From Octopus vulgaris (lineage: Eukaryota), in NCBI GenBank assembly GCA_951406725.2, contig OX597820.1:108624001-108688000 (forward strand): 64,000 nt of DNA. The letters run 5' to 3'. A program made the position numbers and the translations under genes. The notes under the pieces are model-generated. The model was not told where the DNA came from, ran no database searches, and saw only the letters and a list, made by a program, of their open reading frames with translations. Of this stretch, positions 43,721-57,060 are shown piece after piece. Position 1 is the stretch's first letter; every line of letters begins with the position of its first letter.

Positions 43721-44153
43721 ATAGACGGAAAAAAAGAAAAAAAAAGGTATCAGCGGTAGATCGGGGCTTATGGGGTCGGAGCGTAACCTGATCATCGCTT
43801 CATTTGTATTGTTATTGTATTGTGTATTCCATTCGATTTTTTATGTATTGTATTTTATTTTTAAAGTCACATTTATGTAAAATCATATCGATTCACTGAT
43901 CCTATCAATTGTACTGTCCATATCTATGTTTGGCCCCCGGTGGACAATAAAGAAATTTGTATTTCGTCTGCCGTTACGCTCTGCGTTCAAATTCCGCCGA
44001 TAAATAAAGTACCGGTTACGCATTGGGGTCGATGTAATCAACTTAATCCCTTTGTCTGTCTTTGTTTGTCCCCTCTATGTTTAGCTCCTTGTGGGCAATA
44101 AAGAAATATATATTTCTTTAGAATTTTAACATCATGAGGAATATAAAATATAT

Positions 44154-46620
44154 ATGAGGGCTGAACCTTGGTGGACCCCTACTTCTACCCGGAATTCTTC
44201 ACTATACTCATTGCCAATCCTAACCTTGCTGACAGCCTCTCTGTATAGGGCCTGTACAGCCCTTATTAACCATTCGTCAATCTCCAGTTTCCGCATCGCT
44301 CACCAGATAAGGTATCGGGGGACCCTGTCAAAGGCTTTCTCCAAATCCACGAAAGCCATGTAGAAGGGTTTATCTTTAGCTGGGTATTTCTCCTGCACTT
44401 GTAGAATCAGGAATATGGCATCAGTGGTGCTTCTACCTGGCACAAAACCGAACTGCATCTCATCTAAGCAAACTCTCTCTAATGAAATGGGCTATGACCC
44501 TCTCTGTGACCTTCATCACCTGATCCAACAGTTTAATACCCCTATAGTTATTTCTATCAAGAGCATCGCCTTTACCCTTGAAGCTGTTGACTATGGTGCT
44601 GCTACGCCAGTCATTGGGTATGACTCCATTATGAACTACCTGGTTTACAATGGGGGTGACTAGGCCATAGCCCACACCACCAGATGTTTTAAGCACCTCA
44701 GCAGTGATTCCTGATGGGCCAGGGGCTTTTCCTGGTTTCATACCCTTAATTGCTTTATCTACTAGGGAGCTGTCTATTCGGATAGCTGGACCCTCTACTG
44801 GGTCAACATTTGGCAGGCTCTCCCTCCTCCCATTCATTCTCCACATTCAGCAGTCTCTCATAATGGCTTCTCCAAGCCTCTTTCTTTTCAGAAATATTGA
44901 AAGCAAGTGCACCATCATCCACGTGGACGCAGTTCTCTCGTGTGACATCACAATTTTCTCTCACACACTGTCTTGCAATTCCAAATACTTCAGTTCTTTG
45001 GTCCTCACGTCGCTGGACATTGGCAAACTTACAAAACTTTTTTTTTAATAATATTTTTGTTGTTTTTTCTGCTTCACCCTTGGCTATGTATACCTGCTGC
45101 CCAGCCTCCCTTTTGGCTGCCTGGTATAGTTCCCTGCGACCCCCACCCTTCCAGGCTTTCCAGGCCTGTTTCTTTGCTCTAATGGCTTTGTCTACTGTAC
45201 TATGCCACCACCATGTAGCTCTAGGTCTGGAAGGGACTTTGCACCATCCACAGACTTGGTCTGTGGCACTCAGCAAGCTGTCCTATAGGAATTGCCAGCT
45301 ACCTTCTATGTCCGATGTCTGTAGCTCCTCCTCCCTCTCATCAAATTTCTTGATGAGGATGTCCCTAAATCTCTGACCATGTGAAGGGTTCTTTAGCTCC
45401 CAAATCCTTCTTTTCTGGATTGGTCTGCTTCTTGGTATCCTTCTGGCCTCAAGCCTAAAGTCACTAATGACTAGCCTATGCTGAGGGGTACATTCTTCAC
45501 TCGGGAGGGTTTTTGTATTTAAGAGCAACCCTGCGTCCCGCTGTCTGGTGAGGATGAAATCAATCTGGCTAGCAGAGTCCCCTGACTGATAGGTTATAAG
45601 GTGGCTGTGTGGCTTCCTGAAGTTAGTGTTGCAGATTAAAATGTTACATGCATCACAGAACTCCAGTAGCCTGGTTCCCTCATCGTTTCGGGTGCCGATA
45701 TCATGGCCACCGTGTACCCCAGTGAAGATACCCGATTCCCGCCCGACATGTCCATTAATGTCTCCAGCCACAAAGATGAGGTCATTGCCACTCGTCTTTG
45801 AGGTAGCCTGCAGAAGGGTATCATAAAAGTGGTCCTTCTAATCATTTGGTAGCCCCGCATGTGGGGCGTAAGCGGAGATAATTGTAGCTGTGCCGTTCTG
45901 TAGGACTAGCCTGAGCTTAAGCACTCTATCGCATACCCTGACAACCTCTATGACCTTATCCACCCATTTCTCCGCAAGGAGTATGCCTACACCCCCTACA
46001 CCATCCATGTTACCTTGCTAGAAGACTTTATACCTATGTGCCTTGCCTGTGAGGACCCTAGCTGAAGCACCTCTCCATCTTACCTCTTGTATGCAGCATA
46101 CATCAACCCGTTTCCTTTCAAGCATCTCTACAATCTCACTAGACCTACCTTTCAGTGTACCAACATTGACAGTGCCAACTCTGAAAACTGGGATGGTAAT
46201 GTGGGGTGATATTTGGGGAGAAGGGATGTAATTCAGCGCCTGAAAAAAAGAGGGTTGTTGTGGTATTCGTCTTTTAGGCATGCTTCATCTGATCTCTCTT
46301 CCGACCTGACAACATTCAAGCATTTAGGCATGTTAAGATTGTTGCCCCTGCTGGAGGTAGGAGCCGGTGTTAGCAGCTTTGTAAGCATAAGCATTAAGGT
46401 CATTGATGATGTAGATGAAAGCTGTGTGGCAGAAATATTGATATTCCAGAAGCAAGCATTATGGTCATTGAATGATGTAGTTTTAAGCGGTGTAGCAGAA
46501 ATATGGATATTCCAGTGTTAGGTTAGGAGGGGTTCAGTTGAAAAATGGTTGTATTTGCGGCGGGAAGGGTTCAGGCAGAGAGAGAGGAGAGATGGAGAGA
46601 AAGAGAGGGAGGGATAGAGA
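44154..46620 (-). mobile_element. RTE LINE 5' part (APE endonuclease to RT), decayed and 3'-truncated
   Basis: GTVNVGTLKGR..CCIQEVRWRG, GDING, QIDFIL, PQHRLVI, KAPGPSG, NYRGIKLL, FVDLEKAFD, GVHQGSAL. Confidence 0.9.
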
Positions 46621-46991
46621 AGAGAGAGTGCAGGTAATATAGGGAACAGCACCAGTGAGGAGGGGGAGTTAGGAGAAGCGATAACTGGTATGGGTGGTGA
46701 CAGATTTCTAAACAGAAAGAAACGTAAGATAACTGGTTAAGTGGGTGGGTTGATGAGCAGCTGCGCCAGCTGCATTTGTCCTAGGAGAGAGAAGCACAGG
46801 TAATACATGCTGAAATAGCCCGTTGAGGAGGAGGGGTTGGAAGAATAGACACACGTAATGGTGGTGGGAGAAGGGATATCCGGTGTAGATGGTGCGAATA
46901 TAGAGATATCCGGTATTTGTGGTGGGGTGGGAAAGGGCGGGCGCACCGCAAAAGGCGAAGTTTTGATTGGGGACAGAGCGGCAGTAAATAA

Positions 46992-47048
<57 letters not shown>

Positions 47049-47051
47049 TAT

Positions 47052-47374
47052 GACACCTGTGCCGGTGGGACGTAAAAAGCACCGTCCGAACGTGGCAGAT
47101 GCCAGCGCCGCCTGACTGGCGTCCGTGTCGGTGACACGTAAAAGCACCAACCGATCGTGGCCGTTTGCCAGCCTCGTCTGGCCCCTGTGTCGGTGGAACG
47201 TAAAAAACACCCACTACACTCACGGAGTGGTTGGCGTTAGGAAGGGCATCCAGCTGTAGAAACACTGCCAAACCAGACTGGAGCCTGGTGCAGCCTCCAT
47301 GGCTTCCCAGACCCTGGTCGAACCGTCCAACCCATGCTAGCATGGAAAACGGACGTTAAATGATGATGATGATG
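47052..47374 (+). mobile_element. RTE 3' UTR fragment
   Basis: Conserved terminus and (GAT)n tail. Confidence 0.8.
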
Positions 47375-47382
47375 AATGACGA

Positions 47383-48095
47383 TGTAGTGAATCCTGCATG
47401 CATGAAGTAGATTCGATCCACTATAGCCAAATTTAAATTATCACGGCAACAGAACTTTTCCCACGAGGGAACAATGGTTTTTCTCTGACAACAGTTTTGC
47501 ATTTTCCAGATGCATTTAGCTAGGTCAAAATAATGTTTTCACTACTTGATCCTTTCTAACCTCTTCTACTTCACCAAAAGCTAGAATAGAGATAACAAGA
47601 TCTATTGTTCTTAATGATATATCTATTCTTCTGGATCTTTATATAAGCAAGCACTTCCCAAGCAAAAATGAGTTCATCACAGTCGTGACGACTCAACGGA
47701 GTTAGTCACTTGTCGACAACTGAACGAGGCAGCTCGTGACGACTCAATTAGTTAAGGAGATGACTGCTAGAACCATGATTACAAGGAATACCTCTACTAA
47801 ATTTAATGGTCAACGAGAGAAATAAAAATTACTGTCAGCAGCTGTGAGACAACACCCTACAATTCTCTCTGGCTCTAATTCTGTTCTCCTACAACAACAT
47901 TCTATCGCTATCTGTTGATTACTACTAACTATTCGTCTACGTCAAACTATGTAAAGAAACATTCTATCGCAACTAACTTTACTTCGCATGCTTTTGGATG
48001 TATCAAAACCTGCTCGTCGAGGCAAGGTATTTGTAACGTAACAGTAAATAAATACTTCCTTAAAACTTCATCACTTACAATTGGTGACCCTCGAC
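47383..48095 (+). mobile_element. Orphan 5' LTR with tRNA-Trp-like PBS
   Basis: TGTAGTG...AATAAA...CACTTACA (ends 48079) followed by TGGTGACCCTCGAC (48082-48095). Confidence 0.65.
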
Positions 48096-49089
48096 TTCAA
48101 TTAAAAACTTTATCGTTACAAGAACAAACCGTTACAAACTGGCGATCCCAATGTTGCACCATAACAGGCATCGCTACAAAAATAAATCCGTTACATAAAC
48201 CCGCTCTGTTTGGATGATGTGGCTGTGATCGTTTTCGGTTAGGCATAATCTATAACAGCGTTTATCAACCTTATCATTTCGGGTCCCCTGTTTTGATTGG
48301 AGCCTCCCCGCTTGTCAGAAAACAGCTTCAGGAATTGTGAAGAAAGAATTTGTACGTAGTCTGTTTCTGAGAGCTATTCTATTGGACCTCTGTCTAATCA
48401 TTAAAACATTGATTTAATTATGAACATAGAAAGAAATTATACATTAATCCCTATTTTTGTAAGCAGTTATATCCGTAAAAATTTTATTTGCAGATGGCAG
48501 AAATTGAAGGAAGATATATGAAATGGATGTGTGTGTGTATGTGTGTGCGTATGTGTGTGCGTGCGTGCGTGCATGCGTGCTTGCGCGTGTGTATGTGAGA
48601 GAGAAGAAGAGAGACAGCATAGCGAAAGTTTTGGCTGAGAATCATCCTGTACTCCCCTTGTTGCTAGCGAAATGGTATATGTCGGCTGTGTGAGCAACTG
48701 GTTGTTTTAATGGCGGAACAAACAGGGGAATTCCATTATAAAAGTTTTAATCGATTTTCTCGGTAAGTATGGGGGTTAGGAAAAATATACAAACCGCATT
48801 CCAATGTATGCACCCGTCTGCACATGTGTACCATTTTTCACGCGAATCCACCCAGCCGTTTGGCTGTGAACCCCAAGAATGAAAGAATACAACGATCGCC
48901 CATGTCCAATTTATATTATAGATGACAGGCTTCTTTCAAACCCTCTAGCAAATCCACTAACAAAGCTTTGGTTGGCCCGAGGCTATAGTAGAAAACACTT
49001 GTCCAAGATGAATATAAAAGTTTGTCATGAATTCTGCCCTACATAGCTCCCCACCCCTCAACTGTTGACTGTCATTGGAAAGGCATAAT

Positions 49090-51557
49090 TGTCCTGCCTA
49101 TGTGTGTGGTTATTCAATTCTTTGGTGATTGTTCCTTGTCGAGGGTTGGTGCGATCTGTCTAGGATGGCCCCTGTTTGGTGGCTGGGCCACTTGAACGGA
49201 GCTGTCAATATCAAGATGGTCCAGTTTCGATCTATTAATGGAGACTGTGTCTTGTCGTCCTCTAGTTAGGATGTATGACTGGATATGGACCATCATAGGG
49301 TGACTGAAGGAATTTTCATCATGTGTCATGTCAAACGAACACAAAGTTAGCTGTGCAGAGGTAATTTTGTACAGATGACCTGAGTGTACCGTGTGTCAAC
49401 ATGGGAACAGGGCACAACTGGCCCACACTATATCTCAATTGAGTGAGGTACCTTTTGACATCCAGGTCTGACTTCATATTTGGAAGAAACTCTCCTGACA
49501 CTGTAAGAGGAGTACCATACACCATTTCCGCGGAGAAAGTGCTGAGATTTTCTTTTGGGGCGGTGCAGATTCCCAGCATCACCCATGGGAGTTGGTCAGT
49601 CCAATTTAGCCTGTTAAGTCTGGTTGTCAGGGATTCCTTCAGGCGGCGGTGATATCTCTCCACTAATCCGTTGGCCTGTAGGTGGTAGGCTGTTGTGCGG
49701 TTCATTGTGATTCTGAAAAAGTCACACATGTCATTCCACAGCTTTGAGGTGAATTGTAGACCCCGATCAGATGAGATGCTATCTGGGACACCAAAACGGG
49801 TGACCCAGTTTGCGATGAAGGCTCAGTTGACTTCTTGTGTTTCAATGCTGTGGAGAGGGATAGCTTCAGGCCAACGGGTCTACCAAGGTCATCAGTAGAT
49901 ACAAGCAACCTTGTGAAGGTGGTGGTGGGGGAGACAAGGTCGATGATAACATGGCTGAATCAGGCCTGAGGTGGTTCATAGTTGCCAAGGGGTGCTTTGG
50001 TGTGTTGATGGACCTTGGCTTGTTGACGATGGATGCAGCATCTGGTCCAGTCCCCGATTTGCTTGGCCATATCATGCCAGATAAATTTGCTTGACAGCAG
50101 CCGCTGTGTGGCATTAGTACCTGGGTGGGAAAATCCGTGAATGATGTCGAAAACTTTCTTGCACCAGGCTGATGGGATGATTGGTTGTGGCTTCCCAGTG
50201 GATACCTCACACAGTAGGGTTGTGCAGTTAGAGCCAAAATGTACATCCTGCAAAGAAAGTGATGTGATGGCAGTGCGGTAGGCCCTGATTGCAGCCATAG
50301 CTTTGTAATCCAAACCTTCTGTTATTGGTGCTAGGTGTGAGAGCAGGTAGGAGTACGAGAGAGTGTGTCAGCAACTGGGTTTCTCTTTCCGGATATGTGT
50401 TGGATGTCTGTGGTGTACTCAGAAACTGCTGATAGCTGTTATTGCTGGCATGCTGACCAAGAATCCGAGAGCTAACTCATAGCGAAGGTGAGTGGTTTGT
50501 GATCCGTGAATACTGTAAATGTGCGGCCTTCAAGGAAATAGCGAAAGTGGCAGACACCTAGATGGACAGCCAGTAGTTTCCTGTCAAAAGCACTGTATTT
50601 CTGCTCAGGGGGTCATAGTTATCAGCTGAAGAAGGCGAGCGGTCAACACCGACTGTTGATGTGTTGTTCCAAAACTCCCCCAATGGCTGTGTCAGATGTG
50701 TCAACTGTGAGTGCAGTCCAAGCTCACATATGAGGATGGGACAGCATGGTTGCTTGGGCCAGGGCTTGTTTTGTGGATTCAAAGGCTGAAGTCATTGTAC
50801 TATCCCACTCCACTTGTCTTTTTGAACCCTCTTTTGACAGTGCCTTGTATAGGGGTCTCATCAATTTTGCTGCAGAAGGGATGAAGCAATGGTAAAAGTT
50901 TACCATGCCCACGAATTGATGTAGAGCCTTGCTTGTGGTGGGGCGTGGAAAGGGTAGGCTAGCTTTTACTTTTTCTGGCAGGGGTGTAGCGTCGGCACTT
51001 GTGATTCAATGTCCCAAGAAGTCGATTTCTGTTGCACCGAAAACGCACTTGGTGGGGTTGATTACTAAACCATACTGTTCCAGCCTATCAAAAAGAGTCA
51101 CTAGGTGCTTCTTATGTAGCTCTGCATTTGCGCTTGCAATAAGAATATTGTCTAGGTGTGCAAAGACAAAATTGAGACCTCTGCACACAGTGTCTATCAG
51201 GCGCTGGAAGGATTGTGCTGCATATTTCAGCCCAAAGGGTGTATGTAAAAATTCGTACAGACTGAAAGGAGTGATCACAGCGGTTTACAGTACATCGTCG
51301 TCTTGTACTGGTATTTGGTGGTATCCCCAGATGAGGTCAACCTTGGAGAAACCGAGCATCCAGCTAGCTGGGCTGAAAAGTCCAGTATGTTTGGAATGGG
51401 GTAGTGGTCAGGTGTCATATCCTCATTGAGACGGCGGTAATCTCCACAGGGTCGATAACTTCCATTGGATTTGGGGGCCACATGCAGGGGTGATGACCAG
51501 GGACTGCTGGATTAATGAACTATGTCCAATGCCTCCATATTGTTAAACTCGGCCTTT
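49090..51557 (-). pseudogene. Decayed Gypsy pol (RT-RH-IN)
   Basis: RPCGDYRRLN, PFGLKYAAQSFQR, GMVNFY, TDHKPL, HPG, TTAYH.QANGLVER, WTDQLPWV. Confidence 0.9.
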
Positions 51558-51847
51558 CTTAAGGAATTATTACAAGCCATAAATACATACAGTAACAAAG
51601 AACATAAGTGGATTGACAACAAGTCTTCTGTTTGAGAGGTAGATAATATTTTATTTACAATGGTGTTAAGGTTAGAAGGTTGTGAGTGCTAGCAAGTGCG
51701 TGTGTGCATGTGTGCATGCAACACGTGTTTGTGTCTGTGTGTTCGCGTGTGTGGCAGAAAAATCAGGGTGCATGCGGTTGACATAGAAAGTACCTGATGG
51801 TGGAGGCGGCGAAGATAGTAGGCTTCTTGTGTTGAGTGTACATTAGC
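51558..51847 (-). mobile_element. LTR fragment nearly identical to part of solo LTR 32776-34117
   Basis: Reverse complement of about 33741-34055. Confidence 0.85.
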
Positions 51848-53828
51848 CGCCACTCAGACTAGATCTGAGTTTGGTGGGTTAACCTGCTTGTCACCTCACT
51901 CCAATTTTTCTCTATCTGGAGGTCTGGACCAGACCCCTAGCACTTTAATCAGCCCCTCCATCCAAAGCCCTACGACGTTGTTGGGAAGTCTTGCTCCTCC
52001 AGGTGCCGAGTTGCAAGCTGACTGACTTGGCCCTGTTAACTTTTGCTCCTGTCGCCACCCCGTAGTCCTTAACGGCTTTGCCTACCCTCTGTAGGTGTAC
52101 CATCTCAGACACGATGATGGGAATGTCATCCATGTATGCCCAAACCTTCCAACTGCAACCTAGTTCATGTGGGACGCCCCTCAAGCCCCCACCAACTTCC
52201 ACAGTAAAGGCTCTAGAACCATACATACAGAAAACGGGAGAGAGGACACCCTTGATGAACAGAGTACTTGATGTTGAACGGCTTCGAGAAGAACCCGTTC
52301 ATGTGAATGATTGAGTGAATGTTGCTGCATAAAGTAATGATCCACACGAAGAAGATGGGGCTGACCCCGAATACTGCGAGGACCAACACCAGATACCAAT
52401 AGTCAACCATGTCAAAAGTTTTAGACTGGTCTAAATAGACCAGCACCCACCCTTGCCAGGAGACCCATTAACCCTCTCTAAGGTGTAACGTAGAAGGTGG
52501 AGATTGTTGTGTATGGATCTGCCAGGAACAGCACAAGTTTGTACCTCCCTGACAATTCCACCCATGACACACACCAACCTTTTTGCTAACACCTTGGTCA
52601 AAATCTTCAACTCAGTGTTAAGCAGAGTGATGGGCCTGAAATTATCTGTAATATCCCCCGTGTTTGGGTCCTTTCTAAGCAGCGTCACCACTCCTCGGCT
52701 CACAGATCAGGGTATAAACCCATTCTGTTGCCAGTTAGTGAAGATGCATGCCAGTAGATGCCCAAACATCTCTGGCATACTGTTATAAAACTCGTAGGGG
52801 AGACCAGCTAGTCCTGGCGACTCGTTCCCGCCACAATCCGACAAAGCCTCCTGCACCTCCACAGCTGTGATCGGCCCCTCATAGCACTCCACTTCCCACC
52901 CCAAGAGATGCGGCTTGCCAGCGAGGAAGTCTGTGAGGTCCCTCCTACATTCCGGCTCACTGCCCCTCCTGAAAAGGAAGGCAAAATGCTCCTGAAAGAC
53001 CTTACACATCTCCGCGGGCTTGTTTAGCAAGTTCCCTTGATTATTCATCAAAGACCTTATTGTACGATTATTTCCACGTTGGGTCTCTATGACTTTGATT
53101 CCTTCCCATCCCATTGCATGTTGCTTAGCCCTGACTACGCATCCTTCACTTTTACTCTTGAGGTGATTGTTAAGTGCCATTCTTGCAGCTAAAACTCAAA
53201 TTTTATGGCTCTTTTGAGGGTATACCACCATTTGTTGTTAATAATAGCACCACACAATGCCCTCATCACTAACTGTCTCCTGTACCCCTCATGACACAAA
53301 AGTGACTTATTGAGTTTCTAGTAGCCAGATCTCTGTCTACATAACTTATCTAAGTCCAGCCTACAGGTCACAAATTTGTGATCACTATAGCTGACATAGT
53401 GAAATTGTGGATGACTAACAAGGTTTTTGTCTATTTCCCTAATTAGAATCCTGTCTAAATAAGATCTAGATGACTCATCGCTATTAGTCCATGTCTACAA
53501 TAGATCGTATGGGACATCTAGTCGGTACCTATCTGCCAGCTGATATTGACTGAGCAGATTACTGAAGCATGGGTTTCCCTTCTTGTCAGTAGATGAGTTA
53601 ACGTAATCTACGCATGCATCAAAGATTACACTAAAGTCACTTAACATTACTATGGTGTGAGACATCCCAAGAAACTTCTGCAGGCCTCGAAAAAAAGCAG
53701 ACTGCCCAGTTCTCAAGGGAATGTAGACAGCTACCAGCCTGAAGACCTTACTGCTGCTTAGTGTCATCTCAAGGACAACCAACCTACCTTCTGGGTCGAT
53801 GAAGATAGTTTTTGTGATGTTGGCCATA
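51848..53828 (-). pseudogene. Tx1/L1 ORF2 fragment (endonuclease to RT), decayed
   Basis: DPEGRLV, SPG..GLPYEFY, NFRPITLLNTELKIL, LDQSK.FD, SVHQGCPLS, AYMDD. Confidence 0.85.
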
Positions 53829-53846
53829 TAATAATAATAATAATAA

Positions 53847-55490
53847 CAGCTGCATTTAGTCTGAACCCCAGCCTGGTCAGACAGTATGTCTGGCCCTTAT
53901 ACCTGACAAGCTGATACTTCCACAGTCTCTCAGCCACATGCACCTGCAGGTATGCCGACTTCAAATCGACGACCGTGGAGGCCCCTGTCATCTGCCTCCA
54001 CTCTCGCAAGGTGTCTCCACAGACATCTGTAGCCTCGCCGTCCATATGACATGATACATGTTCATTCAGCTCTCGGAAGTCAAGCACTGGTCTGACCTTA
54101 TTCTTTGTGGGCTGTATCACCGCCATCAGCAGCAGGACTCTGCTCTCTACTACTTCTACCCAAGGGATTAATATGCTCTCCTTAATCCACCACTCCACCT
54201 CCCCCTTGAACTCACTTCTGGCATCTCCTTTTACAGTAAGCTGATAGCAGCCCACTTTATTTTTTAACGTCCAGGGCTCTCCCTTCCACTTCACTGTCCA
54301 CCTCTGGCCATCGAAGACAGCCCGAAAGTCCTGGTCTTCAATGGCGGGTGCAGCATGCTTTTCTTCACGGTTCTCACCAATGCACGGTCTCGCCATACAC
54401 GGTTCCCCTGCAAGCCCGAACGTTACACTGGCCTCGTTAACAGCGACACCTCCTAAACGGGAGATTGCATCCATCCCCATCACCACGTCAATCTCGTCCA
54501 CCAAGTGGCCAACTACAATTGCTTGCAGCGTCAGCTTTGTTCCCTGCACCATCTGTAATGCCTTCACAGTGTACTTCTCTTCCGTCGACTACTCTTACAC
54601 TGCTTTCTCCACTCCATGTCTCTACCACTTCTGGAGTCATCAGGGTTGCCGTACAGCCCGTGTCCACAAGGGCTCGCGACATCTTCCCCTCCACCAGAAT
54701 GTCGACCACAGGTAATGACAATAAACGTGCCTCTATTGATCCAAAGGGACAACTACCAGCGCAGTAGTCTCCCTCAGACCGTTTCCCCGCAGACATTCGC
54801 TGGCAATATGCCCCGTTTCTCGACACCGGTAGCAAATGACCTCAAGCTTGGGTGACTCGTACCATGTGTGGGCCCTGACACCAGAAACACTGTCCTTTGA
54901 ATGATCGCACACGTTCTTTCTTTGACCCCTCTCCGCTGCTCCTTGCTCGGCCACTTTTCGTTGTTGCAGTCGCTGCTACCGACGTCGTTCTGCAGCATGA
55001 AACTAGCACGCGAGCCCGAGATACAATGTCTGCCATCGCCATCGAGTTAATATTCGGCAGCTTCTGCAACTCGACCGACATGTGGTCAAGAAAGCCAGTC
55101 ACAAACGCCAACTTAACCGTTCGGTCCAGTGATTCTCCCTCATATCCCGCCAGTTTAGCCAATCTTCTGAGTTCGTTTGCAAATACGTCAACCTGTTCCC
55201 TAGTCCATTTTGTTTTCCCCAGGTGAGCGTATGCCTCGAACATTCCCTCCGCAAAGGCCTCCATCAAACGGATTTTTATTTTCTCCGCGCTAAATTGGTC
55301 CCTCTCTTCCATTTCTAGGTACAGCACCAACGCCGAACCATTCAAGTACAGCGGTATAAAACTCGCTAAGTCGTTTATACCGTGGAGCTTCGCCACCAAC
55401 TTCATCTTCTTCAACCAAGCGACAACACATCCGTGTCACCGCAAAATGATTTGATCATATCGTTCGAAATACGGACAACACTCGTCATTC
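53847..55490 (-). pseudogene. Gypsy-like gag-PR-RT fragment
   Basis: Gag with CCHC knuckles (CYRCRETGHIASEC), GGGAAAC slippery site, ALVDTGCT, RPVLDFRELN, VDLKSAYLQ. Confidence 0.85.
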
Positions 55491-55779
55491 GTTTTTTTTT
55501 TATGGGCCAAAATAGCTTGTAGTGTGATGGAGGAAAAGGACAATAGAAAAAGAAGCAACGGGAGAAAGAAATACTTAAAGGCCTTACCTGTTGACCTCAG
55601 CGGAATCAGCGGTCACTCTCACGAATTAAACACATCTTGTCTCGCTGCTGTCTCTGCTCGAACTGACCACATGTGCTTCCTACCTACGCATGCCCTGTGG
55701 CTGTGTCACAGACCCCTGCAGTCCTTACTTCCATCCACCTCATCTGCAATCCCCTCCACCAACACCACATAACTCCATC

Positions 55780-56571
55780 ACAGCCCATAACACCACATGT
55801 GGCATACATCAAAAGAGGAGTGAAGTATGCCACAATAAAAGTCTGGTTTAAAATGGATGAAAAGGCGAAACAAGCGTCAACAACACCATTAAAACGGCAG
55901 AGGTGGTACTCCTACCTACTTATCTTAGAAGGCGGACTTCCAAGATTATGATAGGAGATATCCCACCTGAAGTAGACCCTGCTTGGCTGGTGGCAGCCAT
56001 AATAAACAGCTTGGAGGATAAAATCACAGTCCTCCAAGCCCAAGCACTGGAATTGCAAAATTGGCAGGGGCAAGGGCTCGAGGTAATTATACAGGCAGCC
56101 TCTTCTGATTTAGAAAACATCATAGATTCTACACATGTGGCGGAGACTAAGCTGAGAGTCATGGTAGAGGAGAGGAAGCCTCGTTGCTACAAGTGTAGCT
56201 AAAAAGGCCGCATTAGGGCCGAGTGCCAACTTCTCCCTGAAAAAGCAGCCATCGAAAAACAAAAGGAAAAAGAAAACATGAAGAAACATCTGAAAATGAA
56301 ACAGGGAAAGAGGAAATGGAAGGAGCCAAAGGCAAAGGGTGGGAGATATTCTCCAGAACAAAGAGGAAATGACCCTCCCCATTCAACCCCACTAGCCCTA
56401 CTACAAACCAAAACAAAAAAACAACCAACAGCACACACAAACACCAAAAATTCCCATCTCAAAATGTTCCTCTCCCATCTAGACATGGATTATACTGCAT
56501 TAGTAACGACTAGCAAGTCACTACTGCAGCAATTGAAAGACGTGCCCAATATGGCCAACATCACAAAAACT
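55780..56571 (+). pseudogene. Tx1 ORF1 fragment, inverted relative to its ORF2
   Basis: LLPTYL.RRTSKI.I..IPPEVDPAWL...RKPRCYKC, homologous to ORF1 at 40854. Confidence 0.8.
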
Positions 56572-56579
56572 TTGGTTGG

Positions 56580-57060
56580 TCCACAGCTGTCACATTTGCG
56601 AAAAATACAATCCTGAGTTCTGGTTTTGTTGGTTTTGAAACTTCATTGACTTCTCTCAGAATGCTCCAATTTCTCACATTTGATACAGCAACAGACTGCT
56701 TGCTCCATAGCTCGCATGTGCCTGACATTTCTCGGTTTGCTTTTGATGAAGTTGACATAACCAATCTTGATTTGTAAATACTTTTCCTTGAATTGATTGA
56801 AAGGCTGCAGAAATGATGTCTCCAATAAAAAGGTTGGGGTTTGCTTGTCTTTGTACACAGCCCATTTTTGGGGATTTGTTTTTGCTAAGTTTTTGACATA
56901 AGTGTCTGCATTCTGTGAACTACTTTTTTCTGTTGTTTTTTCTGAAGGCAACTTCCTCTGGCAAAGTTTGGATGCTTTCCAGTCAAATGAAATAGCCAGA
57001 TGATCTATCTTCAGTTTGGCTTTAGTCTGTCATATTAGTTCTCTCATACAGCTGGAGAAC
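56580..57060 (-). mobile_element. DNA-transposon transposase relic, family unassigned
   Basis: F.EK...IKIG...F...KP.NV......C.C..CE motif seen in some DNA transposases; weak. Confidence 0.35.

Larger units (their letters stand above)
34513..43958 (+). mobile_element. L1/Tx1-type non-LTR retrotransposon, RT deleted, with a Gypsy element in its 5' UTR
   Basis: TSD GTATTTC at 34506-34512 and 43959-43965 (extends to 15 bp with 2 mismatches). Carries ORF1 and partial ORF2; 3' end AATAAAGAAATTT. Confidence 0.85.
34458..44105 (+). mobile_element. SINE family A split by a Tx1 insertion (halves 34458-34520 and 43959-44105)
   Basis: The halves join into the 3104-3332 consensus; ~24-bp TSD ATATATATTTCTTTAG.ATTTTAA at 34433-34457 and 44106-44129. 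Confidence 0.85.
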
